A stretch of 28,219 nt of DNA from a virus (lineage: Duplodnaviria > Caudoviricetes): the IMG/VR virus record IMGVR_UViG_3300020044_002608, positions 1 through 28,219 of that record; one strand, 5' to 3'. The position numbers were made by a program, and so were the translations under genes. Within the stretch, counting starts at the first letter, position 1, and each line of letters starts with the position of its first letter. The notes beneath the pieces are model-generated. The model searched no databases. It had not been told where the DNA came from and saw only the letters and a list, made by a program, of their open reading frames with translations. Of this stretch, positions 1 to 8,803 are shown one piece after another.

Positions 1-720
1 GGTGGTGTACATGACACAGCCATCGGCGAGTGGACTGACGATGGTGCTATGGCTGCAGCAATTGCTGATGCCTACATCACCAAGGGTAGGTTTGCTCCCG
101 ATGAAATCGCTCTCAACTTCATGACATGGCGCAAGTCAGGACACTTCGGTACACGTAACTATGTGTTCGACTGTGGTCGTACTTGCAGTGAGGCCATTGC
201 AGACATGACAACCAGCCGTCCATACATGGGCAAGACTGACCCTGACGCTAGCGGTAATGGCTCCATCATGCGTATTGCACCCATCGTGTTAGCCAACCAC
301 AACTCTGTGGCACAGAGCATCGCTCAGTCAGTGGCTGTGTCTCTGATGACACACGGTAACTCAGACACCATCGAATACATCACAGGCTTTGTTGCCGAGC
401 TGCATCATGGCACACAGCTGGATGAGTTTGACTACCTTCGTAGCTACAACACACGACAAAACTATGGACGTGGTTCCATCATGCATGCATACAAGACAGC
501 ATGGGAATGTGTTGAAGAGACAACCAACTTCCAAGGTGCATTGGTCATGGCAGTTAACAAGGGCTATGACGCTGACACTGTAGGCGCTGTGACAGGGATG
601 CTAGCTGGTCGTAAGTATGGGTACAAGGGTATCCCTGCTCGTTGGCTTAACGAACTGGTGCAACGTGACAAGCTGGTTGACATGGCAGAAAAACTTTACA
701 AACTTGGAGAGCAGAAATGA
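1..720 (+). CDS. ADP-ribosylglycohydrolase (DraG/ARH family), 5'-truncated
   Basis: Frame 1 is open from base 1 (GGVHDTAIGEWTDDGAM...). Motifs WTDD, GNGSIMRIAP and GYDADTVGAVTGMLAG are typical of the ARH/DraG metal-binding fold. Confidence 0.92.
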   Translation, partial: GGVHDTAIGEWTDDGAMAAAIADAYITKGRFAPDEIALNFMTWRKSGHFGTRNYVFDCGRTCSEAIADMTTSRPYMGKTDPDASGNGSIMRIAPIVLANHNSVAQSIAQSVAVSLMTHGNSDTIEYITGFVAELHHGTQLDEFDYLRSYNTRQNYGRGSIMHAYKTAWECVEETTNFQGALVMAVNKGYDADTVGAVTGMLAGRKYGYKGIPARWLNELVQRDKLVDMAEKLYKLGEQK

Positions 721-929
721 ATGAGCTAACAAAGAAGATTGTCTACACTGTAGCGCCTTACTTGTCAGGCTTCACGTTTGCCTACCTGCTGATGTCATTC
801 GTTATGTGGAACCGCAACCCTGAAGGATGGGCTGTATGGGACAGGGCATTCTGCCTTGTTGTTGGCTGGTTTGTTGGGACACTTTTATATGTACGCTTCA
901 CTTGGAATAAAAATGAAAAACTTTCTTGA
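717..929 (+). CDS. small hypothetical membrane protein (2 predicted TM segments)
   Basis: ATGA overlap with the upstream stop; GGAG RBS; two hydrophobic stretches. Confidence 0.7.
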   Translation: MNELTKKIVYTVAPYLSGFTFAYLLMSFVMWNRNPEGWAVWDRAFCLVVGWFVGTLLYVRFTWNKNEKLS

Positions 930-1134
930 ACGAATTAAACAACTGTCAGCACAGGTGTTTCATGTACCAACTGCAGATGAGTTGGCACTTGTTGAACTGG
1001 CAGAAGCACAACGACAACTGCTTGCTATGCAAACAGCACGAGACTATTCAACACGGATGGTTGACTACAACAAAGATCGTATCCGTAGATTGACAGCACA
1101 CATCAAGAAGACTGACACAGAGGAGCAAGCATGA
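913..1134 (+). CDS. hypothetical phage protein (coiled-coil)
   Basis: ATG at 913 (MKNFLERIK...) preferred over 856; overlaps neighbours; helical LAEAQRQLLAMQ...RIRRL segment. Confidence 0.7.
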   Translation: MKNFLERIKQLSAQVFHVPTADELALVELAEAQRQLLAMQTARDYSTRMVDYNKDRIRRLTAHIKKTDTEEQA

Positions 1135-1313
1135 ACCCAACACCACGACTGCGCTTTGTTGAACGTATGCATGTTACACACATAGATATGTTAGGTAACA
1201 CCATCGGCACAACAGTCCGTGTGCTACAGCAATGGTTTGCATATGACATTCAGTACCCAATGACACGAGGTGAGTGGCGAGATGTGCCGATGGAAAAGGA
1301 AACTATCAAATGA
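1131..1313 (+). CDS. hypothetical phage protein
   Basis: AGGAG RBS and ATGA overlaps at both ends; MNPTPRLRFVER...VLQQW...GEWRDVP. Confidence 0.75.
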   Translation: MNPTPRLRFVERMHVTHIDMLGNTIGTTVRVLQQWFAYDIQYPMTRGEWRDVPMEKETIK

Positions 1314-1639
1314 AATACACAATTGCTGACATCTTGCACTTGGCTGCAGATAAATATCTAGCTGTCAACTACGATGACTACAACAACTATCAACACAAGC
1401 GCATGTTCTCATGCTGTGCAATTGAGACAGCAGTTGAAGAGCTTTATGGGTGGAAGGAATGCTTTAAAGATGATGGTGTGCTAGACATTATCAAAGAAGG
1501 ATTGACCAACATGGGACTCAATTGCAATTCATTCCATGCTTTTAAACCGTGGCATAGTCGTGACAGTGCACCAATGCAACAGTCTCGGTATGCGTGGTTG
1601 AAGTTTGCTGCACTGATGGCAGAGGAGCAGGGTGTATGA
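1310..1639 (+). CDS. hypothetical phage protein
   Basis: ATG at 1310 (ATGA overlap, AAGGA RBS) preferred over 1274; ends ALMAEEQGV. Confidence 0.7.
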   Translation: MKYTIADILHLAADKYLAVNYDDYNNYQHKRMFSCCAIETAVEELYGWKECFKDDGVLDIIKEGLTNMGLNCNSFHAFKPWHSRDSAPMQQSRYAWLKFAALMAEEQGV

Positions 1640-1734
1640 CCATCACAGGATTTTGTCCAGTTTGCGCCCGTCCATATCCAAGTTGCATTTGCGGTGGGCA
1701 TCGTTGGGGCAACTACATGGAGAAGAAAACATGA
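1636..1734 (+). CDS. 32-aa Cys-rich microprotein (CPVC...CIC)
   Basis: Not in the ORF track. AGGAG RBS and ATGA coupling; MTITGFCPVCARPYPSCICGGHRWGNYMEKKT. Confidence 0.5.
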   Translation: MTITGFCPVCARPYPSCICGGHRWGNYMEKKT

Positions 1735-1772
1735 GTGGCTGGCGTAAACGTGGTGGAGGTAGACCTAAATGA
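1731..1772 (+). CDS. 13-aa basic micropeptide MSGWRKRGGGRPK
   Basis: GGAG RBS upstream; ATGA overlap with both the preceding stop and the following start. Confidence 0.4.
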   Translation: MSGWRKRGGGRPK

Positions 1773-1924
1773 GAAAGCCTATAGGCATCACCGTTCCCTA
1801 CCGTGAGGTGGGTTGGCAGGAAAAAGAAACCAAGATGGCTGCACTTGAGAAACAAGTGAAGCTTCTAACAGCAAGGGTTGCTGCCTTAGAAAAACAATTG
1901 AAGGAAAAGAAAGATGTCAGCTAA
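1769..1924 (+). CDS. 51-aa coiled-coil hypothetical protein
   Basis: GGAGGT RBS; MRKPIGITVPYREVGW...LEKQVKLLTARVAALEKQL; overlaps the integrase start. Confidence 0.65.
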   Translation: MRKPIGITVPYREVGWQEKETKMAALEKQVKLLTARVAALEKQLKEKKDVS

Positions 1925-3023
1925 GCTGCCTAGATATTTACTGCGAGTAGGTAAGGGTGACAAGTTGTTCTATCGCTACCTACCACCACAAGATGCTGTC
2001 GATGCTGGCATTGTGGTGCGTAAGAGTTTCAAGAACGATGGTTGGCGTAATGCTTTTGCCTTTGCTCGTGAACAGAATGCGTTGCTTGACACATGGCGCA
2101 AGGAACGTAAGCAACTCAAGGCATTAACCAATGATGCAAGAGTTAAGCATTTAGTTCAAAGCTACAAGGAAAACATTAGCTTCACCAAGCTTGTGCCTAA
2201 GACACAACAAGACTATCTCTACTACCTGCAACGCTGGTCTAACACCAAGCTGGTAGGTGGCAGCGTGTTGTATGACGCACGTCTATCAGATCTGTCCACA
2301 CCCATGTGCCAGCGCATCTATGAAGAGCATGCTGAGCATAGCGTTAGCCTTGCCAATCATGCACTGGCTGTCTATCGATTGATGTTCAACTATGCAATTC
2401 GTCACGGCTTTACTTTACATAATCCCTTTAGCAAGGTGTTACGTAGGGTGGATAAACCACGTAAAGTTATTTGGACAAGAGACAACGTTCGTGCTTTCCT
2501 TGATGTTGCCTATGGCAATTTCAAATGGAGGAACGTAGGACTCATTGTTCAGATGGCACATGAGTGGGGTCAGCGACTAGGGGATATGCGTATGCTGCGA
2601 TGGTCTAGCTACAACATTGAGACAGGTGTGCTGTCATTGGAGCAGAGCAAGCGTGGTGCTAGCGTTACAATACCAACAAGTGTTGGGTTGCAAGAGATGT
2701 TGCGACAACAACATGAAGAGTATGGATGGCAAGAGTTTGTTGCACCAAGCAACACCCCTGACCGCAAGGGTGGACTAACACCATTCAGTCCCATCACACT
2801 AGGCGTGTACGGTGCTACCATCATGAAGGCTGCTGGCTTACCACCAGAGCTGAAGCTGATGGACTTACGCCGTACTGCTGTCACTGAAATGCTTGAGGCT
2901 GCAGTGCCAATCACCAACATCATGTCTGTCACAGGGCATGCAACACCACAAAGCTTAGCTCCCTACCTGAAGCACACGTTGCAAGGTGCGACAATGGCTG
3001 CACAGATGAGGGGTATCTTGTGA
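1914..3023 (+). CDS. tyrosine recombinase/integrase
   Basis: Catalytic pattern GQRLGD (R), QSKRG (K), MDLRRT (HxxR-like), TGH and terminal Y; core-binding region with HNPFSKV. Confidence 0.9.
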   Translation: MSAKLPRYLLRVGKGDKLFYRYLPPQDAVDAGIVVRKSFKNDGWRNAFAFAREQNALLDTWRKERKQLKALTNDARVKHLVQSYKENISFTKLVPKTQQDYLYYLQRWSNTKLVGGSVLYDARLSDLSTPMCQRIYEEHAEHSVSLANHALAVYRLMFNYAIRHGFTLHNPFSKVLRRVDKPRKVIWTRDNVRAFLDVAYGNFKWRNVGLIVQMAHEWGQRLGDMRMLRWSSYNIETGVLSLEQSKRGASVTIPTSVGLQEMLRQQHEEYGWQEFVAPSNTPDRKGGLTPFSPITLGVYGATIMKAAGLPPELKLMDLRRTAVTEMLEAAVPITNIMSVTGHATPQSLAPYLKHTLQGATMAAQMRGIL

Positions 3024-3178
3024 TTGATAACGATGCGTTGAACAAGGCGTTCCAAGAAGTGGCTGAAGAAACTCTCAAGCGTGACATAAGGGAATGGGTT
3101 GTGTACACCGCACCCAAGTCAGTGATTGACATCATGAAACGGTATGAAGAATTGTTGAAGGAGAAAGAAAATGAGTAG
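3020..3178 (+). CDS. 52-aa hypothetical protein
   Basis: GTG start overlapping the integrase TGA, GAGG RBS; MIDNDALNKAFQEVAEE... Confidence 0.55.
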   Translation: MIDNDALNKAFQEVAEETLKRDIREWVVYTAPKSVIDIMKRYEELLKEKENE

Positions 3179-3317
3179 CTGGCTTATCGCAATTATTGGT
3201 GTAGTTTATTTGGTTGTAGCTGTTGAGCTGGTGCTCAAGGGCAACCTTGGTTTAGGCATTGCCTTCTTTGGTTACAGCATTGGCAACGTTGGCCTGTACT
3301 TGGAGTCGTTGAAGTGA
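3171..3317 (+). CDS. 48-aa membrane protein
   Basis: AAGGAG RBS; MSSWLIAIIGVVYLVVAV...GIAFFGYSIGNVGLY; stop overlaps the GTG of the primase-helicase. Confidence 0.7.
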   Translation: MSSWLIAIIGVVYLVVAVELVLKGNLGLGIAFFGYSIGNVGLYLESLK

Positions 3318-4927
3318 CATTCATTAAGACACACCTCCCGTGTCCAGACTGTGGCAGCAGTGATGGCATGGCTATGAACGAAGACATGTCCACGAAGTGC
3401 TTTGTCTGCGACACCTTTACCCCACCCGATGAAGAAAGTAAATACACAGTGGTTGAGATTGACACAAAAGAAACAAAGACGATAAGTTTTTTAGAAGACT
3501 ATCGCAAGGGCAATGCTGTCTCTGTCTCTGACAGACGCATCAACAAAGCAACGATGGAGAAGTATGGCGTTGTACGTGAGAGCGACAGCTACTACTTTCC
3601 CTACTACGATACAGACAACCTGATGGTTGCTGCTAAGGTGCGTGGTGTTAAGGAGAAGTCGTTCAGCTGTGCTGGCTCATGGAGCAAGGGCACACTGTTC
3701 GGACAGAACCTGTTCCCTGCACATGGTCGTTACCTCACCATCACCGAAGGTGAGTTTGATGCACTGGCTGTATTCCAAATGACGGGGTCCAAGTATCCGG
3801 TTGTTTCGATTCGCAATGGTGCTGGCTCTGCATTAAAAGATTGCAAGGTGCAATATGAATACATCAATAGCTTCGAGAACATCGTCATTTGTTTTGACAG
3901 TGATGAGGCAGGAACGAAAGCATCGAAGGATGTTGCTGAACTATTTGGCAGCAAGTGCAAGATCTTTAAACCTGTACCTGATTACAAAGATGCATGTGAT
4001 TGGTTGGCTGACAACAAGGAGGCTAGCTTCGTTGACCGCTGGTGGAAGGCAGAGCCATTCGTACCAGACGGCATTGTCTCTGGCTCTAGCATGTGGGATG
4101 AGGTGTCAAAACCTATGGCTCCCGCTGACTGTCTCTATCCTTGGCAGAAACTAAACGATCTCACCTACGGTATTCGCCTTGGTGAACTCATCACTGTCAC
4201 TGCCGGTAGTGGATTGGGTAAGAGTCAAGTGTTGCGTGAGATTGTTTGGCACATCTTGCAGAACACCAGCGACAACATTGGCTTGATGTTCTTGGAAGAA
4301 AGCATTCGTAAGACAGGCTTGTCTGTGATGAGCTTAGCTGCCAATGCACCCTTGCACCTACCTAACACAGACATCAGTGAGGATGTACGCTTCGATGCAT
4401 TCGAACGAACACTTGGCACTGGTCGCTTGTTCTTGTTCGATCACTTCGGCAGCACATCAATTGAGAACATCCTCAACCGTGTACGCTACATGGCTAAGGG
4501 CTTGGGTTGCAAGTATGTATTCCTTGATCACTTGTCCATCATTGTGTCAGCACAAGGTAATGATGATGAGCGTAAAGCCATTGACGAAATCATGACCAAG
4601 CTTCGTATGCTTGTACAGGAAACCAACATTGCTCTCGTCATTGTTAGCCACCTGAAACGACCATCGGACAAGGGACATGAGGAAGGTGCATCGACTAGCT
4701 TGGCTCAGCTTCGTGGCTCAGCATCCATTGCACAACTCAGTGACATGGTGATTGGTCTTGAGCGTAATGGTCAGCATGAAGATGAACAGATTCGTAACAC
4801 CACCAAGGTGCGTGTGTTGAAGAATCGTTTCGCTGGCACAACAGGACCAGCTGGATGCTTGCTCTACAACAAGGTGAGCGGTAGAATGTTTGAGACAGAA
4901 GATCTTATCGATGGAGATTTGTTATGA
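3314..4927 (+). CDS. bifunctional DNA primase/helicase (T7 gp4-like)
   Basis: N-terminal Zn finger CPDCGSSD...CFVC; TOPRIM ITEGEFD and CFDSDEAG; SF4 helicase motifs AGSGLGKS, FLDHL, SHLKR, LRGSASIAQLSD and KNRFAG. Confidence 0.97.
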   Translation: MTFIKTHLPCPDCGSSDGMAMNEDMSTKCFVCDTFTPPDEESKYTVVEIDTKETKTISFLEDYRKGNAVSVSDRRINKATMEKYGVVRESDSYYFPYYDTDNLMVAAKVRGVKEKSFSCAGSWSKGTLFGQNLFPAHGRYLTITEGEFDALAVFQMTGSKYPVVSIRNGAGSALKDCKVQYEYINSFENIVICFDSDEAGTKASKDVAELFGSKCKIFKPVPDYKDACDWLADNKEASFVDRWWKAEPFVPDGIVSGSSMWDEVSKPMAPADCLYPWQKLNDLTYGIRLGELITVTAGSGLGKSQVLREIVWHILQNTSDNIGLMFLEESIRKTGLSVMSLAANAPLHLPNTDISEDVRFDAFERTLGTGRLFLFDHFGSTSIENILNRVRYMAKGLGCKYVFLDHLSIIVSAQGNDDERKAIDEIMTKLRMLVQETNIALVIVSHLKRPSDKGHEEGASTSLAQLRGSASIAQLSDMVIGLERNGQHEDEQIRNTTKVRVLKNRFAGTTGPAGCLLYNKVSGRMFETEDLIDGDLL

Positions 4928-5088
4928 TTGAATCTTGGGTGATGGTGTTTATGATTTGCAGTAGGTCTTGCATCGTCACACATGTTGAGCCATATCCAAC
5001 ACGCAGTGCATGCATTAAAAAGCTGCCTAAGCAAGAAGGTATGTTGGACAACAACAAGTATTTATGTGTACCAGTTTCAAAGGATTAA
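4924..5088 (+). CDS. 54-aa Cys-containing hypothetical protein
   Basis: ATGA overlap with the helicase stop; GGAG RBS; MIESWVMVFMICSRSC...ACIKKL...YLCVPVSKD. Confidence 0.55.
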   Translation: MIESWVMVFMICSRSCIVTHVEPYPTRSACIKKLPKQEGMLDNNKYLCVPVSKD

Positions 5089-5089
5089 T

Positions 5090-5296
5090 ATGAGCGACAC
5101 AGCAAGTGATGGTGGTAAAGGATCCACTGTTCGTCCACGTTTTGTAGCGGATGACGAATGGGCAACACGATGGAATGCCATCTTTGGCAAAGACAAAGAA
5201 GATAGTTACAAACAGTCGGTAGTTGTTGATGACCACCAACAAAAAGATAAGGAAGAAAAAGATGGATTGGATATACGATCTGGAGACATATCCTAA
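5090..5296 (+). CDS. small hypothetical phage protein (GGKGS..RP...W..IF type)
   Basis: ATG at 5090 with AAGGA RBS preferred over 4982. Confidence 0.65.
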   Translation: MSDTASDGGKGSTVRPRFVADDEWATRWNAIFGKDKEDSYKQSVVVDDHQQKDKEEKDGLDIRSGDIS

Positions 5297-7331
5297 TTGC
5301 TTCACCTTCTCAGGTGTTGACACTGAAGGGTTGAATGCTTTCACATACGAGTGTTCACCTCGTAAGAATGACATCGCCACCATCTATTCTTTTCTTGACC
5401 TATGCCGCAAGCGTAAGGATCGTCTTGTTGGTTTCAACAACTTAGGCTTTGACTACCCTGTCCTGCATGATCTTCTCTCTGTACGGGAGAAGGCATTGAA
5501 GGTGAGTGGCAAAGCTGTAGCTGTTCGTGCCTACAAGAAAGCCATGTCTCTCATTGCTAGTCAAGAGAAGTTTGGCAACGTCATCAACGACAGAGAGCAG
5601 CACGTCAAACAAGTTGACCTCTACAAAATCTATCACTTCGATAACAAGGCACGAGCCACGTCATTGAAGATGATTGAATTTAATATGAAGTCTGACACCA
5701 TTGAAGACCTGCCGTTCCCTGTTGGCATTGAGCTAACAGAAGAACAGATGGACACACTCATCAGCTACAACATGCATGACGTGATGAAGACTCTTGACTT
5801 CTACAACCAGAGCAAAGACCTCATCAAGTTTCGTGAAGAGCTGAGCAAGAAGTACAAGCGTAACTTCCTCAACCACAACGACACCAAGATTGGCAAGGAC
5901 TACTTCATCATGCGTCTTGAAGAGAGCATGCCTGAGAGTTGTTACAAGAAGGGTGCTAAGGGTGAGCGCAAGATAAACCAGACTAAGCGTGATGTCATCA
6001 ACATCAACGAGTGTTTGTTCAACTACTACGACTTTCAAAACCCAGCATTCCAAGCTGTGCTTGATTGGTTTAAGAAGCAGAACATCACAGAAACCAAGGG
6101 TGTGTTCTCAGATATTCCTGAGCATGAACTAGGTGATGTTGCCAAGTATGCTGACATGAATGTGTTGCGTAAGAAGTTCAAGGCTGAGCCAACACGAGAG
6201 GACATGCAAGCATTCAATGCTGAGTATCCCTTGGGTTGGGTTGACAAGGTTGCACTGGCTGCGAAGAAGAAGGGTGTGCCACAGTTTTCATACTGGATGT
6301 GCCGACATGAAGCTGAGACATTGAACGTTGTCATCAACGGCTTTCGTTTCGACTTCGGTACTGGTGGCATTCACGGATCTGTTGCATCACAAGTGGTGAA
6401 TGAAGATGACGAGTACATGATTGTGGATGCTGACGTATCTTCTATGTACCCGAACATTGCCATTGCCAATCGTGTCTACCCTGAGCATCTGTCTGACAAG
6501 TTCTGTGACATCTACGAGGACGTATACCAACAGCGTAAGAGCTACGCCAAGGGTACGGCTGAGAACGCCATGCTGAAGCTTGCGTTGAACGGTGTATATG
6601 GAGATAGCAACAACCAGTTTAGTCCCTTCTATGACCCCAAATACACGATGTCAATTACCATCAACGGTCAGTTGTCCTTGTGTTTGTTGTCTGAGAAGTT
6701 GATGACCATCGAAGGATTGTCCATCATTCAGGTGAACACTGACGGTGTCACGGTGAAGATGCCTCGTCACAAGGTTACAGAATATGAAAGTATCTGTGCA
6801 GTGTGGCAGAAGCAGGTTGGTCTTGAGCTTGAGTATGCCTACTACAAGAAGATGATCATCCGTGATGTCAACAACTACATTGCGCTTTACACAAACGGTA
6901 AGGTGAAACGTAAGGGTGTGTATCAGTATGAGGACTTAGGCTGGCATCAAGACCAAGGTGGTCTAGTTATTCCTAAGGCAGCAGAAGCACACATGCTGCA
7001 TGGCGCTGACATTGAAGGATTCATTCGCAACCACGACAACAACTATGACTTCTTAATGCGTACTAAAGTACCACGTAGTAGTAGGTTGGTGATGGTGATG
7101 CTGGATGGTAGAGAAGTATTGCAACAGAACATCTGTCGCTATTACGCAAGTACCGCTGGTGGTGAGCTGATTAAAATCATGCCGCCAATCTCGGAAGATA
7201 AAGAGGAACGTAGAATAAACGTTGCGTCAGATCAAAAAGTGTGGGTGTGTAACAACATTAAAGACTTTGATCGTAGCGATTTGGACTACAATTACTATGT
7301 ATCAGCAGCTGAGAAGCTGATTGTTCGGTGA
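5262..7331 (+). CDS. family B DNA polymerase with N-terminal 3'-5' exonuclease
   Basis: ExoI YDLETY, ExoII GFNNLGFD and ExoIII YNMHDV. PolB motif A DADVSSMYP, motif B KLALNGVYG, motif C NTDG, then VNNYIA. Likely start is ATG 5262 (AAGGA RBS). Confidence 0.93.
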   Translation: MDWIYDLETYPNCFTFSGVDTEGLNAFTYECSPRKNDIATIYSFLDLCRKRKDRLVGFNNLGFDYPVLHDLLSVREKALKVSGKAVAVRAYKKAMSLIASQEKFGNVINDREQHVKQVDLYKIYHFDNKARATSLKMIEFNMKSDTIEDLPFPVGIELTEEQMDTLISYNMHDVMKTLDFYNQSKDLIKFREELSKKYKRNFLNHNDTKIGKDYFIMRLEESMPESCYKKGAKGERKINQTKRDVININECLFNYYDFQNPAFQAVLDWFKKQNITETKGVFSDIPEHELGDVAKYADMNVLRKKFKAEPTREDMQAFNAEYPLGWVDKVALAAKKKGVPQFSYWMCRHEAETLNVVINGFRFDFGTGGIHGSVASQVVNEDDEYMIVDADVSSMYPNIAIANRVYPEHLSDKFCDIYEDVYQQRKSYAKGTAENAMLKLALNGVYGDSNNQFSPFYDPKYTMSITINGQLSLCLLSEKLMTIEGLSIIQVNTDGVTVKMPRHKVTEYESICAVWQKQVGLELEYAYYKKMIIRDVNNYIALYTNGKVKRKGVYQYEDLGWHQDQGGLVIPKAAEAHMLHGADIEGFIRNHDNNYDFLMRTKVPRSSRLVMVMLDGREVLQQNICRYYASTAGGELIKIMPPISEDKEERRINVASDQKVWVCNNIKDFDRSDLDYNYYVSAAEKLIVR

Positions 7332-7332
7332 A

Positions 7333-7359
7333 GATGGTTCCGTTAATACCATCGCTTTT
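7333..7359 (+). terminator. weak hairpin (possible terminator or mRNA leader structure) between polymerase and SSB
   Basis: GATGGT-9-nt loop-ACCATC followed by GCTTTT. Confidence 0.35.
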
Positions 7360-7375
7360 GAAATAGGAAATTAAA

Positions 7376-7789
7376 ATGGCTGAAAATAAACGAATCAAAT
7401 TGAAGTGTGACTTGTACTGGGCACAATTGAACAAGATGAATGACATGTCTGGTGCGTATCAGGTTAACCTGTGCAACCTGTCTGATGCTGCTGTTGCTGC
7501 GTTGGAAGAGATGGGCATCAGTGTCTTGGAAGACAGTGAGAAGAAAGCTGACATGGGTCGCTACATCACATGCAAGTCTAAGAACCGCCCCATCAAAGCG
7601 TTCGATGTTGACGGTGATGAGATCACTGAGAACATTGGTAACGGCAGCAAGGCCAAGGCTTTGGTTGGTGCATACGAGTGGACATACAAAAACAAGAAAG
7701 GCATCAGCCCCACCTTGGCTAAGCTGGTTGTCACTGACTTGGTTGAGTATGCCGATGGTGGCAAACTTGATGACGAGGACGTGCTGTAA
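7376..7789 (+). CDS. single-stranded DNA-binding protein (T7 gp2.5-like, putative)
   Basis: Lies between polymerase and exonuclease; OB-like IGNGSKAK region; acidic C-terminal tail LDDEDVL. Confidence 0.75.
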   Translation: MAENKRIKLKCDLYWAQLNKMNDMSGAYQVNLCNLSDAAVAALEEMGISVLEDSEKKADMGRYITCKSKNRPIKAFDVDGDEITENIGNGSKAKALVGAYEWTYKNKKGISPTLAKLVVTDLVEYADGGKLDDEDVL

Positions 7790-7791
7790 GC

Positions 7792-8526
7792 ATGATTGTC
7801 CTAATCGATAGCGACATTCTTGCTTATCGAATCTCCTTCGCATGTAAGGATGAACCGATTGCCGTGGCTAAGAATACTCTTAACAAGGCAGTGACTGACA
7901 TCCTTATGTGCGGAGTGGATAACACTTTCCCAAACTGTTATGTAGATCAGTGGAAGCTTTACCTCACAGGTAAGCACAACTTCCGTCTTGATATTGCAAA
8001 GACTGCAGTTTACAAAGGGAATAGAACAGCTCCCAAACCAGAACATCTTGCTCCATTGCGTGATCATCTTGTTCAGGAATGGGATGCTGTTGTGTACGAT
8101 GGACAAGAAGCTGATGACGCTATCGCCACAGATGCCACATTCTTGCAGGACAAATGCATTGTGTCATCGGTTGACAAAGACTTAGATCAGATACCCGGCT
8201 GGCATTACAACTTTGTAAAGAAGCAGGGATACTTCATAACACCAGAGCAATCTGTGTTCTTGTTGTATAGACAAATCTTAACCGGTGATACCGCAGATAA
8301 CATCATAGGACTCAAAGGTATTGGTAATGTGAAGGCCGAGAAACTCTTAGGCGACAACACCAAGACAGAACGTGAATACTATGACATCTGTGTTGAGGCA
8401 TATGGTGGTGATGAAGATCGTGTCATTGAGAATGCAAGGCTATTATTCTTAAGACGTTACACAGGACAGGTGTGGTATCCACCTGAGAAAGAATCAAATG
8501 AACAAGACATCTCTTCAACCAAATGA
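7792..8526 (+). CDS. 5'-3' exonuclease (T7 gp6/FEN-like)
   Basis: Motifs LIDSDILAY, EADDAI, DKDLDQIPG and GDTADNIIG..GIG..KA.K. Confidence 0.93.
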   Translation: MIVLIDSDILAYRISFACKDEPIAVAKNTLNKAVTDILMCGVDNTFPNCYVDQWKLYLTGKHNFRLDIAKTAVYKGNRTAPKPEHLAPLRDHLVQEWDAVVYDGQEADDAIATDATFLQDKCIVSSVDKDLDQIPGWHYNFVKKQGYFITPEQSVFLLYRQILTGDTADNIIGLKGIGNVKAEKLLGDNTKTEREYYDICVEAYGGDEDRVIENARLLFLRRYTGQVWYPPEKESNEQDISSTK

Positions 8527-8803
8527 TGTATGCGTTGTGCTTCGTCCTTCTCATGTAGAAGGAGAGGAGTGGGACAAAACATTTGAAGTGTTGGTATCTG
8601 GCTTTGGCCCCGTCTCTCTTGCAGAAGAAGACATGGCACATCTTCTCTTGATGGGAATGATGTTGGCCTGTGTTGTACCAATGATGAACGATGATGACGA
8701 ATTGTATGAACGCATTGCCACCTTCTGTGAGAAACGGTTTGGTGGTGTGTCTAAAGAACTTCCTCTCACATCTCTTACTCAAACAGTAGGAGGTATGCAA
8801 TGA
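8498..8803 (+). CDS. hypothetical phage protein
   Basis: Overlaps both neighbours; fills the operon. Confidence 0.65.
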   Translation: MNKTSLQPNDVCVVLRPSHVEGEEWDKTFEVLVSGFGPVSLAEEDMAHLLLMGMMLACVVPMMNDDDELYERIATFCEKRFGGVSKELPLTSLTQTVGGMQ

